From: Squalus acanthias
Lineage: Eukaryota
NCBI GenBank assembly: GCA_030390025.1
Contig: JASTWF010000033.1
Location: 2,978,001-3,042,000 of the forward strand
Reading direction: 5' to 3'
Length of the DNA: 64,000 nt
Position 1 is the stretch's first letter. The number at the start of each line of letters is the position of its first letter. The notes under the pieces are model-generated. The model saw only the letters and a list, made by a program, of their open reading frames with translations, searched no databases and was not told the DNA's origin. Positions 13,772 to 25,379 of the stretch are shown one piece after another. A program made the position numbers and the translations under genes.

Positions 13772-15063
13772 TCAATCTAACACCCCTTGCCACCGCGCTC
13801 GGAGCATCTGGCTCCATCGCCTGCTGCTGGTGTAGAACAAGTAGCTTACAAGGAATAATTGTATGATAACTAATGCATGGGAAGAGATGCGGATCCAGGG
13901 AGGAATCTCTATACTCAGACCGATGTCCCACCATGGTGGCGAGACAATCCCCTTCATCTCCTCCCCCACTTCTACTGTCTTTTGTTCCAAACTGTAAAAA
14001 TGTTTCTGGGAGAGTTCAACGGTCTTTATTAACTCAGTGAGATATTCTGGCAGAAAAGGAATTGTTCCAGGTCCCTCTTCTCTGCCTCCCGGACGCCACA
14101 CTGTCCCCAACATTCAGGTTATAAAGCTGTTCTTTCTCTACATTTCCATAGGCCAGTTCATAAAATATCCTGCAACATCGCTTTTAACAGAGCTTCATAA
14201 AGCTTCTCCGTCTTCCTTGGACACCACACAGGCAGATGGACTTCAGTCAGGTTCAGGATCACGGATGCCACGGCGTAGAGCACGTTCTGAAACAACACTT
14301 TGTCAGTAGGGATTAACACCAACCCATTCCCTGGACCCCTGGTGGTGGTGGGACACCCATCTACAGCCGTCTGTACCGTCGGTGCTCTGCGCGGGGGCTT
14401 CCTGGTATATGAGATGAGCTCTGTGGCGTTGATGGTGTTCGGGGGTATTGGGATCATACAGGAGTCCACACTCCGATCCCAACCGATCCCACCCCTGGCG
14501 TCCTGCCATCGCCTGCTAAACGCGATCGACACACCCGCTGGGCAGATCTTTTCCGACCCCCACATAAACACATAAATCCCTTCCTCGGATTCCCACCACT
14601 TATCCCAACACACATTCACTCCTCCCTGAGAACCCGTGATCGTCCGGTACGTATCATTACTTAGTCTTTCCCAGTCAGCTGTCTGGTCCCCTGTATCCGC
14701 ACTCAGTTACCTGATCCACCACCACCTTCCCAGTGGAATGTGTCCCCTACAGCTAACGCACACTCGTTTACCCTCTGTTACCCTAACCCGGGAGGTGGTA
14801 ACCCCTATTCTCGGGCATGGGATGGACGCTTCACCATTAGTGAAGTTGTCATGACTGGAATACTGGGTGGAATTCGACCCCAGCCATCCAGGCCATCTTC
14901 CCTCGTGGAGATAGACGCTCGCCCCATCCTTCGAGCCACCTCCAGTGGTCACAGTCGGTCCGTCTCCGCCGGTGCAGCCGAAGATAACCGATTCCTCGGT
15001 GTCACCCCTGTGACTCTCGCTGGCTTCAATCATGACGCTCAGGACTACCATGGCTGACTTCAT
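13772..15063 (-). pseudogene. env: ERV-A atypical env / type I membrane glycoprotein (signal, Ig-like domain, RQRR furin site, heptad, WW, TM), disrupted
   Basis: ATG at 15063 follows the splice acceptor TCTGTGTCTTTTCAG (~15098-15082). ORFs 15126-14707 and 14619-14158 are in the same frame. RQRR lies at 14087-14076, and the C-terminus is WWDIGL...HALVIIQLFLVSYLFY followed by a basic tail. Confidence 0.75.
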
Positions 15064-15263
15064 CTTGTTCTTAGGCGTTCTCTGAAAAGACACAGAATGC
15101 AACGTTGTCCTTGGGTGATGCCTCACCTTTCCAGACGCAGCTACACACGATTACATTTGGTATCCACAGCATACATGTAAATCCAAACTATACAGACAAG
15201 CTAAGGCAACAGACAGGAGATAAAGAAGTTATGTACAGCGCCACCCGTCTCCGGGTGGCCACA

Positions 15264-18200
15264 CTAGGTCTTCTCGACCCTGGGCCTATTCCGACTCCGG
15301 CTTCCTTCGTTCAATGGTGTGTAAGGAGGCGTCCACAGAACCCTCGGCCGTGGGATCCTGGCACTCCCACTCACTCCTGCCTCCACAGGCGGAACGACTG
15401 GTCGCTCTGTGGGCTCCTCACTGTCCCAGATTATGGGCTGGAGACCCACACCTGTAGCGCAGCTCACTACTCCCTGCTGTTTCCTCCTCTTATCAGCTCT
15501 TTCCCCAGGGTTGAAAAGCTTGCACTGATTGATATGGAAGCACTTAGTGCGTCGAGGCATTTTGATCGCATATACCATCAGACTTGCCCTATCCACGATA
15601 CTGTACGGTCCCATGTATAGCGGTTCAAAAGTCCCTACCCTGGCGAAGTTTCTAACCATTACTTGATCTCTGATCTTGCACTCGTGGTGCCTCTGAGTCT
15701 CAAGCAATAAACGATTTCTACGATGTTGCTTCCCAATGTTACTGGCAGCCTGCCAATGGGTCTGTCTGAGATGCTCAAACAAATTCTTAACAAACCTGTC
15801 CCGGTTCACCTCTCTCAACTGACCTTCCGTGAGAACCGGGGCCAATACATGGCTGGGCGTTCTCATGACCCTGCCAGTCACGAGGTCATGCGGGGAATAC
15901 CCTGTGCTTCTAGACGGGCTGGCTCGGACCCCCATCAGAACTAACGACAAGACCTCCGCCCATTTTCTAGGCGAGTCTCCCGTCTCCTCCCGTAACCTTT
16001 CCTTGATGGTCCTATTCATCCGCTCCACAATCCCCGATGACTGCGGGTTGTGTGCGACGTGTCATTTACCCTCTACACCTAGCATCTTCAGAGTCGCCTG
16101 CATGACTGTCCCTGTGAAGTGACTCCCCTGATCGGACTCCACATACCGTGGTAGCCGAGAGAACACTTCTCTCACTAGAATCCTTGCGGTCCACAAAGCT
16201 GTGGCTGTTCGGCATGGGAAGGCTTCTACCCATTGAGAGAACACATCCACCAGGACCAGGCAGTACTTGTAACCCCCCTGTGCGGTGGGCAGCGGTCCGA
16301 TATAATCGACCTGTATGGACTGCCATGGTCCCTCCACTCTCCTAGTATGTCCCATGGATACGTTCCTTTTTTGAGGGTCAAGGTTGTTTGCAGCACAGAC
16401 CAAGCAATCCGCGCAGAAGTGGCAGACCTCCTCCCTCAGTTTCGGCCACCACCCTGCCTGTTCCACCCGTTGCCAGGAGGTCACCGGCCCCGCTGCCCCG
16501 CTCCTGGACCCTCGTGGGCCAACTGAAGGAATTCTCTCCGGTGCTGCTGCGGAACTGCCCACTGTTCCCCTCTGAAAACCATCCCTTCCTTTAGAGTCAT
16601 AGAGTCATAGAGTTATACAGTTCAGAAAGAGGCCCTTCGGCCCCTCGTGTCCGCGCCGGCCTTCAAGCCCTGTCTATTCTAATCCCATTTTCCAGCACTT
16701 GGTCCGTAGCCTTGTATGCTATGGCGTTTCAAGTGCTCATCTAAATGCTTCTTGAATGTTGTGAGGGTTCCTGCCTCTACCACCCTTTCAGGCAGTGAGT
16801 CCAGATTCCAACCACCCTCTGGGTGAAAAAGTTTTTCCTCAACCCATCTAAACCTCCTGCCCCTTACCTTGAAGCTATGCCCCCTCGTTATTGACCCCTC
16901 TAATAAGGGGAAAAGTTCCTTTCTATCTACCCTATCTATGCCCCTCATAATTTTGTACACCTCAATCAGGTTCCCGCTCAGCCTTCTCTGCTCTAAGGAA
17001 AACAACCCCAGCCTGTCCAGTCTCTCTTCATAGCTGAAGCGCTGCAGCCCAGTTAACATCCTGGTTAAACTCCTCTGCACCCTCTCCAATGCAATCACAT
17101 CCTTCCTATAGTGTGGCACCCAGAACTGCACACAGTATTCCAGCTATGGCCTAACTCGCGGTTTGTACAGCTCCATCATAACCTCCCTGCTCTTATATTC
17201 TATGCCTCGGCTAATGTAGGCAAGTTTCCCATATGCCTTTTTAACCACCTTATCTACCTGTCCTGCTGCCTTCAGGGATCTATGTACATGCTCACCAAGG
17301 TCCCTCTGATCCTCTGTCCTTCCTAGGGTCCTACCGTTCATTATGTATTCCCTTACCTTGTTAGTCCTCCCAAAATGCATTACCTCACACTTTTCAGGGT
17401 TAAATTCCATTTGGCACTGTTCTGCCCATCTAACCATCCCGTCTATATCGTCCTGTAGCCTGAGGCTTCCCTCCTCGCTATTTACCACCACACCAATTTT
17501 CGTGTCATCTGCGAACTTACTGATCATACCTCCTACATTCATATCTAAATCATTAATGTACACTACAAACAGCAAAGGACCCAGCACCGATCCCAGTGGT
17601 ACACTATTGGACACAGGCTTCCAGTCACAAAAACAACCTTCAACCATCACCCTCTGCCTCCTGCCACTAAGCCAATTTTGGATCCAATGTGCCAAGTTGC
17701 ACTGGATCCCATGGGCTTTTACCTTCTTGACCAGTCTCCCATGCGGGACTTTGTCAAAAGCCTTACTGAAGTCCATTAGACCACATCAACTGCACTACCC
17801 TCATCCATACACCTAGTCACCCGCTCGAAAAATTCAATCAAATTGGTTGGACATGATCTCCCCCTGACAAAGCCATGATGACTATACCTGATTAATCCTT
17901 GCCTCTCCAAGTGGAGACTAATTCTGTCACTCAGAATTTTTTCCAATAATTTCCCTACCACTGATGTCAGGCTCACTGGCCTGTAATTCCATGGTTTATC
18001 CCTACTACCCTTCTTTAATAATGGTACTACGTATTTAGCGAGATACCTGCCACTCCGTATAGACGCTCTACCTTATCTCCCTTAGCCAGCGTCTCCAGAA
18101 CAGTCTTTAGGACGGGATCTCGTGCCTGGACCATGTTTAGGTCCGGTGCCAATGCTACCCCTGCACTCGCTTAGGCCCCACCTCTGTCTCTGATCGCTGC

Positions 18201-20588
18201 TACCAGAATCGACCCATATGGATCCCAAAACGTGCCCGTTCGAGCACCCTCTTTGGACATCACGTTGGCCTGCTGATTGCCCTCCGCACGGGGTTCCGCC
18301 TTTGAATGGGCCATTACGTTGTGGATATAGAAATCCCCCTGGGTTCCTATCGATGTTATGATCTGTTGCAACAATGGCTTTGTTGCTAGGGGTTTCCCGT
18401 TTGCAGATGTGAACCCGCGACGAGACCAAATGGCTAAATATTCTGCACACGAATTGCAAGTGAACATGGTGTCCGAGCAAATAGTATAGGGCGTAGGGTA
18501 TACTTCGGGGTGAGTAACCACATACAGCACCGCCGACAGTTCAGCGTGCTGGGCGCTCATGGTGCTCAGGAGTTTAATGGCCTTGGCAATGCCTACCTTT
18601 GGGTCCAAAATTTTCGCATCCAGTGAGTTGCTCCCCTGCCACCACTGTACTGGACCCTTCGACATGGATCCCAGCCCGAAACCCTATGTCTACGTCCCAT
18701 ACCCATTCAACAGAACATTTGTGGGCCACCCCTGGTTAGATCAAATTTGCGGGGAGCTTAGGCTCACAGAGGCCTTTCACACTCAAATTCGTCTGAGAGA
18801 GCAATAAAGTCCAGCGAGCAATGCGTGCACTGCTCACCGTGCCGTCTTTTATCCTCCCATCCAGAAGCATCTGAGTGAGCGTATGATGGGTTAAGAGAGA
18901 TAACGGGGACGCTCCCGTGAAGATTTGTGATCTCCTCACGGCCCAATGTGTGGCAAGCCGGTGCCTCTCACAATTGGAGTACCCCCTCTCTACATCTGTG
19001 AGGATTCTTGATGAGTATACCACAGGACTCAGCTTGCCATGCCGCTCCTGGAGCAGCACTGCACTCAAACTCTCCCCTGTGGCAGCTACCTCCAAAAATA
19101 ACTCCTTTCCCCCATCAACGCTCCTAAAGCCGATGTGGTCTGCAGATCTCTCTACAGACGACTAAAAGCTGCCCTGCAGTCATCCCCACTCCCTTGTGAA
19201 GTTGCCGGAGTAGAGGAGCTGCCGTAGCGGCATAGTCCTCTTCGAAATCCCTGCAATACCCTGTGAGTCACAGGAAGGATCTTACCTCCGTTATCGTGGT
19301 CAGGGCAGGTAGCTCCTGTACCGCCTTCCTTTTCGCCTCATCGATGGCCCTCTCCCCAGCACGTATGGTCAGCCTGAGGAATTTTACGTCCTGCTGGCCG
19401 ATCTGTGCTTTCTTGGGATTAACCTTGAACCCAGCTTCCTTTAACAGACTCAGCAGCTCAGCCAGCAGCGGGCCATGCAACTCCCCCTCGTTGGAGAACA
19501 AAAGCAGATCGTCCACGTACTGTACAAGCCGCTGCGGTCTGCTGAACCCTTTTAAACAGTTGGCCTTATATTAGTGGAAAATAGAAGGGCTGTTATGAAA
19601 CCCTTGGGGAAGGCAGATCCATGTGTACTGCTGACCCTTGAAAGTGAATGCGAATTTATAATGGTCCTCCCTTTTGAGAGGGACAGACCAGAATCCGTTC
19701 GAAATGTTCAGCACCGTGAATGTTTTCGCGGATGCCGGGATACTCCCGATCAGGTCGGCTACGGCTGCGACGGTGGGGGCACAGGCTGGGATGTTCTTTA
19801 AGAACCCGATAGTCCACAGTGGCTCTCCACGAATTGTCCGGTTTCCTAACAGGCCAAATCGGAGAGTTCACATGGGTCGCTATGGGTCTCAACACACCCT
19901 GCTCAACCAGTGATCCCAATGCCATCTCTAAATTCGCCTCTACCTCTCTGGGGAAGTTGTACTGTTTCTGTGGTTGGGCCATGGGGTCTCCTTCTACTCT
20001 GACCTCCACCCCTATTACCCTCCCACAGTCGTGCTTGTGTGTAGCGAATGCCGCAAGGTTGGCTCGCACATCCGCTATGTACTCCACCGGGGTAGAAGTG
20101 ACCAAAAGTTCCAGGTCATAACTACCCTTGGGCTTCATCGTACACACGGTTCCCTTGCCTTGCTTCCCTGGTATAACTACCACCTCCGTATCCTTTCCCG
20201 TGCACACTGCCCCCCAAAGACAGTGATTCCGGAAATCCACCAATATCTTGTGGGCCAGTATGAAGTCTGCCCCCAAAATGCCTATTCCCTCCCGCTCCCA
20301 CCGCATCAGGACACATTTCAACTCCGTATGGAGTGTACCCAGATCGATGGCTAGTGGGATGGAGAAAGGCCCAGCCTGTTCGTTCCCGGTGAAACCTACT
20401 AAGTAATATGGGACCCCGCTCGATAGAGGTGCTGTGGTCGGGTTATCCGCATAGAAAACGGTGCTTGAAGCTCCAGTGTCCAGCAGATAGGTCCCTTGCA
20501 CCTTGTCCACCCCCATCTTCACGCACGGTCTCTTCCAAGCATCATAACTTAGTGGGCACAGGTAAACTGGCTGAGAAGCTCCTAGTCA
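15264..20588 (-). pseudogene. pol: ERV-A pro-pol (PR, RT, tether, RNase H, integrase), frameshifted and split by a CR1
   Basis: LLDTGAS; SPIWPVRKPDNSWRATVDYR; QYVDDLLL; AVLLQERHGKLSPVVYSSR; SAQHAELSAV...ICSD...AHSK...GNQQA; CxxC, IQVDYIGP, SDQGSHF, ERMNRTIK and GPY motifs. Confidence 0.92.
16592..18028 (-). mobile_element. 5'-truncated CR1 inserted in ERV-A pol between RNase H and integrase
   Basis: [19 protein letters not shown] and QFWVPHY peptides; 'tagagtcatagagtcatagag' 3' tail. Confidence 0.92.
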
Positions 20589-22230
20589 TGGGTCGGGATT
20601 GTTCGGGGCGGATGGGAGTACGCTGCCCGCTGCTGCATCCACCCTACCCTGCCGGAAAGACTGCGCGGAGAGCAGCCACTAATACCGCGAACGGATCAGT
20701 GCTGCTTCCTGCCACAGCTGCAGCTTTCTGCACTGGCGCTGGAGGATCCCCTTTCCCGCTCCTTTTGTCAGAGACTGGGCAGTCTTTCCTCCAGTGCCCT
20801 TTACTCCCGCACCCATAACAACCCTGCTTCTTCTCTGAGCTACCCCCTCCCTGGCGCCACTCTCTTCTAACTTTGCCTCCACTAGGCTTTAACTCGTGTA
20901 CTCTGCCCTTTGGTTTGTCATCCTCACCCCTACCATTCTTCAAAGAGAGAGTTAACTGCCGGATCACACTCTCTTCTGTGGTCTGGGGATCCCTGGAATC
21001 GAACCACCCCTCTGCTTTGGCCTTGATCCTGGGCAGGCTGTTCGCCAACAGGGTCCTCAGCCAATGAGCCCTAGGCTCCCCCTGCAGCTGCGCCCGGTCG
21101 GGCACCCCCGCACAGGCACTCCGGTAGACGGGCCAAAGCCTGTCCGCGAAAGCCTGCGGTGCCTCCCCAGCTGACTGCAGTGTCCTTTCCACTCAGGAGA
21201 AGGGACTTTCATCACTGAGGCCCATAGCCTCTAGGATGTCATCCTTAATCCCCTCTAACGTCCCTGCCCCCTCTTGCTACCCGCTGAGAGCGACTGGTAC
21301 AACCTACTATCCAGGGAAAATAAAAGTAATTTGTCTGTCTCAGCTTCGTTACAATTATTGATCCCCCCACACCTGCTCCACATCCGTAAAATGGACAAAT
21401 GGGTCTCCTGTGCTGTTCAGTTTGGTCAGGTTAGAGACCATTGCCCGCAGCTGGGGGGTCGTATACGGGACCACGAAGTCACTCTGCAGTGCTCCTTGCT
21501 CTTGACCGTCTACGGGCGCACCGTATTTCCGCTGCCGGACAGGGCACATGGGTCCTGGTACCGGCACTTCGGGCGGTGGTCGAGCAGCCTCCTCTGCCTC
21601 ACAGTCCTCCTTATCTCCCTGCTGCTCTTCCTCATCTACCCGGGCCATTCCCGGAGCTACCAAGCAGACTATCCCTTTGGCCTTAGATACAGCATCGGTC
21701 AAATTCTAGATCTGCTCTTGGCCAGGACCATGATTACCCGTATCAAACCATCCAGTGCTGGAGACTCTGTATGCCACTTGAATATCCTTCAACTGCTCTC
21801 CCAGCACTTTTACCTCACTCGACAAGCGAGCGTTCTCCTCCCTAACATTCCTCTCGTTCCCCTTTGCCTCAGTTACCTGGCATTGCAGGAACACTTTATG
21901 GTTACAGAAGGTTTTCTCCTGGCTTATTTTTCCCTGCTTCTCAATGCTTGGCTCCGTGCAAAACCAACTCCCTACTACAGCCCTTGCGTCTGACTTTGCC
22001 TCGGACTCCCTGAGCTCTGCCTCTAACCTCGCAACCTGCTTATCTAGCAGTTGGACTCGTCTTTGTAGACAGACGAGCCATATCGCATTTTCAATGCTGC
22101 GCCTATGGTCCTGGCCCTCCGTCCATTCTGCCGCTGCCTCCACGCAACAAGCCCAGCGCCCATTTCTTAGTGACGTTAACCTTCTTAAACACATATGAAG
22201 AAATCCTTTCCTCCATTTGGGATCTTTCAC
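20586..22230 (-). pseudogene. gag: ERV-A gag with CCHC zinc knuckle and PSAP motif
   Basis: CYGCGSKGHWRKDC, a coiled-coil N-terminal region, and LPSAPNNPDP before TGA at 20588-20586. Confidence 0.85.
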
Positions 22231-22296
22231 CAGAAGCGCTGTCCATCACTGATTTACACACCTGTAACCCTTGTCCTGCCCGCAGTCGCCAAGAGA

Positions 22297-23325
22297 TGTA
22301 AGTGGTTTTTGATCCTAGCCCAATTGCTAGATAGACGGTTCGAATCGCCCCTGCCTTACGAAAGTTCTATACCCGGGAATAATTATTCAGAGTGTAAATG
22401 AAATAAGTCATGGACAGGAATGCTTCAGCGAAAAATCAAACTTATATTTATTTGCTCTAACATACACTGGCTAAAACGTGCACTACTAAACGAAATCACT
22501 GTCTCTGTGGAGAATAAAATCCAGGTTACAAACAACAAACATACAGTACAAACTGGGGACTATAAAATGCAATATTTCCCGTGTTGCTATGGTGGACTCC
22601 AATTCCACCCCTACCAACGAATTACCCAGTCGCATAAGCCCCTTCGCTTGGCTGAACCAAAGGAAGCTCCCACCCTCGGAATAGCCAAAAAGCTTCACTT
22701 CTGAGAAAAACTCTGAGCCTCTGGTTACCGGCTTGGGACACTCTAGACCATGCTTACCCCCACACACAGTCCGTCTCGATCGCTCCGCTTAGCTGCTTCT
22801 TCCTCTGGTCTTAATGTTAGGTCAATCTTGGTGCAGCGAGAGCGAGAGAGAGAGAGAGATGGTGGGAAAGTATCTATCTTTATAGGAGTCTTGCTACCCC
22901 TATCTTTCCCGCCAATCTTTAAAATCCTTTTGTTTCGAAACACTCCGGTGCTGAATCTTTGATGGGTCATCCTCAAACCCATGTGTACTCCGTGATTGGA
23001 ACAATGGTCCTCAGTCTGGGATATATTTCGGTCTTTCTGTTGGGCAAAACTGGCTCCTCTCCGGCTGGCTAGGCCATTGGGTTCATTGTTCTGCTTCTTT
23101 TCTCAGATGGAGGTGAGAAGGGATTTTGAATATTCAGGATGACTGACAGTTATTGTGTCACACCCAACTGCCATGTGTTCTCTGGAGTTTTAACAAACCA
23201 TTTTTTCACATAGCAACACAGGGTGATAACATCAAAGGGAAAATACCCTCAGAAAAATCCCATAAAGTCCACAAAATATTCTCGACTGAGTCCATTCTTC
23301 AAGCAGAGACTTTGCGATCTCTCCA
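22297..23325 (-). repeat. ERV-A 5' LTR
   Basis: Collinear with 12164-13196 and followed on the minus strand by a PBS-like sequence. Confidence 0.92.
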
Positions 23326-25092
23326 GATATTATGTGGATTTGGGAGCAGCTGCCGATATTGGGTGGGATGGGGAGGAGCTGAGGATATTAGGTGGGGTGG
23401 GGTGGTGCAGAGTATATTAGTTCAGGTGGGGATGAGCTGAGGATATTAGGTCAGGTGGGGATGAGCTGAGGATATTAGGTGGGCTGCGGGGGAGCTGAGG
23501 ATATTAGGTGGGGTGGGGAGGGAGCTGAGGATATTAGGTGGGGAGGGTGGAGCTGAGGATATTAGGTGGGGTGGGGAGGGAGCTGAGGATATTAGGTGGG
23601 GTGGGGTGGAGCTGAGGATATTAGGTGGGGTGGGGTGGACTGACGATATTAGATGGGGTGGGGAGGAGCTCATGATAATATGTGGGGTGGGGTGGAGCTG
23701 AGGATATTAGGTGGGGTGGGGGAGGAGCTGAGGATATTAGGTGAGGTGGGGAGGAGCTGAGGATATTAGGTGGGGTGGGGAGGAGCTAAGAATATTAGGT
23801 GGGGAGGGGAGGAGCTGAGGATATTAGGTGGGGTGGGGTGGAGCTGAGGATATTAGGTGAGGTGAGGAGGAGCTGAGGATATTAGGTGAATTGGGGAGGG
23901 ACTGAGGATATTAGGTGGGGTGGGGAGGAGCTGAGGATTTTAGGTGGGGTAGAGATGAGCCGAGGATATTTGGTGGGTGGGGAGGAGCTGAGGATTTTAG
24001 GTCGGGTGGGGAGGAGCTGAGAATATTAGGTGGGGTTGGGAGGAGCTGAGGATGTTAGGTGGGGTGGGGAGGAGCTGAGAATTTTAGGTCGGGTGGGGAG
24101 GAGCAGAGGATATTAGGTGGGGTGGGGAGGAGCTGAGGATATTAGGTGGGGTGGGGAGGAGCTGAGGATATTAGGTGGGGTGGGGAGGAGCTGAGGATAT
24201 TAGGTGTGGTGGGGAGGAGCTGAGGATATTAGGTGGGGTGAGGGAGGAGCTGAGGATATAAGGTTGGGTGGGGAGGAGCTGAGGATATTAGGTGGGGTGG
24301 GGAGGAGCTGAGGATATTAGGTGGGGTGGGGGAGGAGCTGAGGATATTAGGTGTGGTGGGGAGGAGCTGAGGATATTAGGTGGGGTGGGGAGGAGCTGAG
24401 GATATTAGGTGGGGTGGGGAGGAGCTGAGGATATTAGGTGAGGTGGGGAGGAGCTGAGAATATTAGGTGTGGTGGGGAGGAGCTGAGGATATTAGGTGGG
24501 GTGTGGAGGAGCTGAGGATATTAGGTGAGGTGGGGAGGAGCTGAGGATATTAGGTGGGGTAGGGAGGAGCTGAGGATATTAGCTGTGGTGGGGAGGAGCT
24601 GAGGATATTAGCTGGGGTCGGGAGGAGCTGAGGATATTAGGTGAGGTGGGAGGAGCTGAGGATATTATGTGGGGTGGGGTGGAGCTGAGGATATTAGGTG
24701 GGGTGGGGAGGAGCTGAGGGTATTCGGTGGGGTGGGTAGGAGCTGAGTATATTTGATGGGGTGGGGAGGAGCTGAGGATATTAGGTGGGGTGCGGAGGAG
24801 TTGAGGATATTCGGTGGGGTGCGGAGGAGCTGAGGATATTTGGTGGGGTGGGGAGGAGCTGAGGATATTAGGTGTGGTGGGGGAGGAGCTGAGGATATTA
24901 GGTGGGCTGGGGAGGAGCTGAGGATATTCGATGGGGTGTGGAGGAGCTGAGGATATCAGGTGGGGTGGGGAGGAGCTGAGGATATTCGGTGGGGTGGGGA
25001 GGAGCTGATGATATTAGGTGGGGTGGGGAGGAGCTGAGTATATTAGATGGGGTGAGGAGGAGCTGAGGATATTTGGTGGGGTGAGGAGGAGT
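23326..25092. repeat. 29-bp G-rich minisatellite (gaggagctgaggatattaggtggggtggg)
   Basis: Clear ~29-bp periodicity over ~1.75 kb. Confidence 0.95.
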
Positions 25093-25379
25093 TTATGATG
25101 TTCGATGCATATATCGAAAGTCACAAAGTGAGGCTGAAGGAAAGTGGAGGGCAGTTCTGTTATTTGAAATAAATAATATCTTCACCAACTTCTTCGAAAA
25201 GCAGTGTTACAAAGTGACAAGCCAGGAGTTTACTCTGCAATCAATCCTCAGATTTTCTGATAAATTTCCAAAACCACACACAGTTTTAAATGGCTGCCTT
25301 TATTAATTATTATGGTTTTTTATTCAATACACTGATGCTTTTCTTCAAATATTGAAAAGACATTTCTCTACATGACAAC

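Larger units (their letters stand above)
12164..23325 (-). mobile_element. ERV-A: degraded endogenous retrovirus (LTR-gag-pro-pol-env-LTR), loki/spuma-like pol architecture
   Basis: ~1.03-kb LTRs TG...CA at 12164-13196 and 22297-23325; PPT-like AAACGGGGGAC abuts the 3' LTR; PBS-like TGGCGACTGCGGGCAGGA at 22291-22274; gag, PR, RT, RH, IN and env fragments are in retroviral order. Confidence 0.92.

Noticed and set aside
22420..22982. Short ORFs within the ERV-A LTRs as possible accessory genes
   Set aside because: The frames are not preserved between the two LTR copies and show no motifs.
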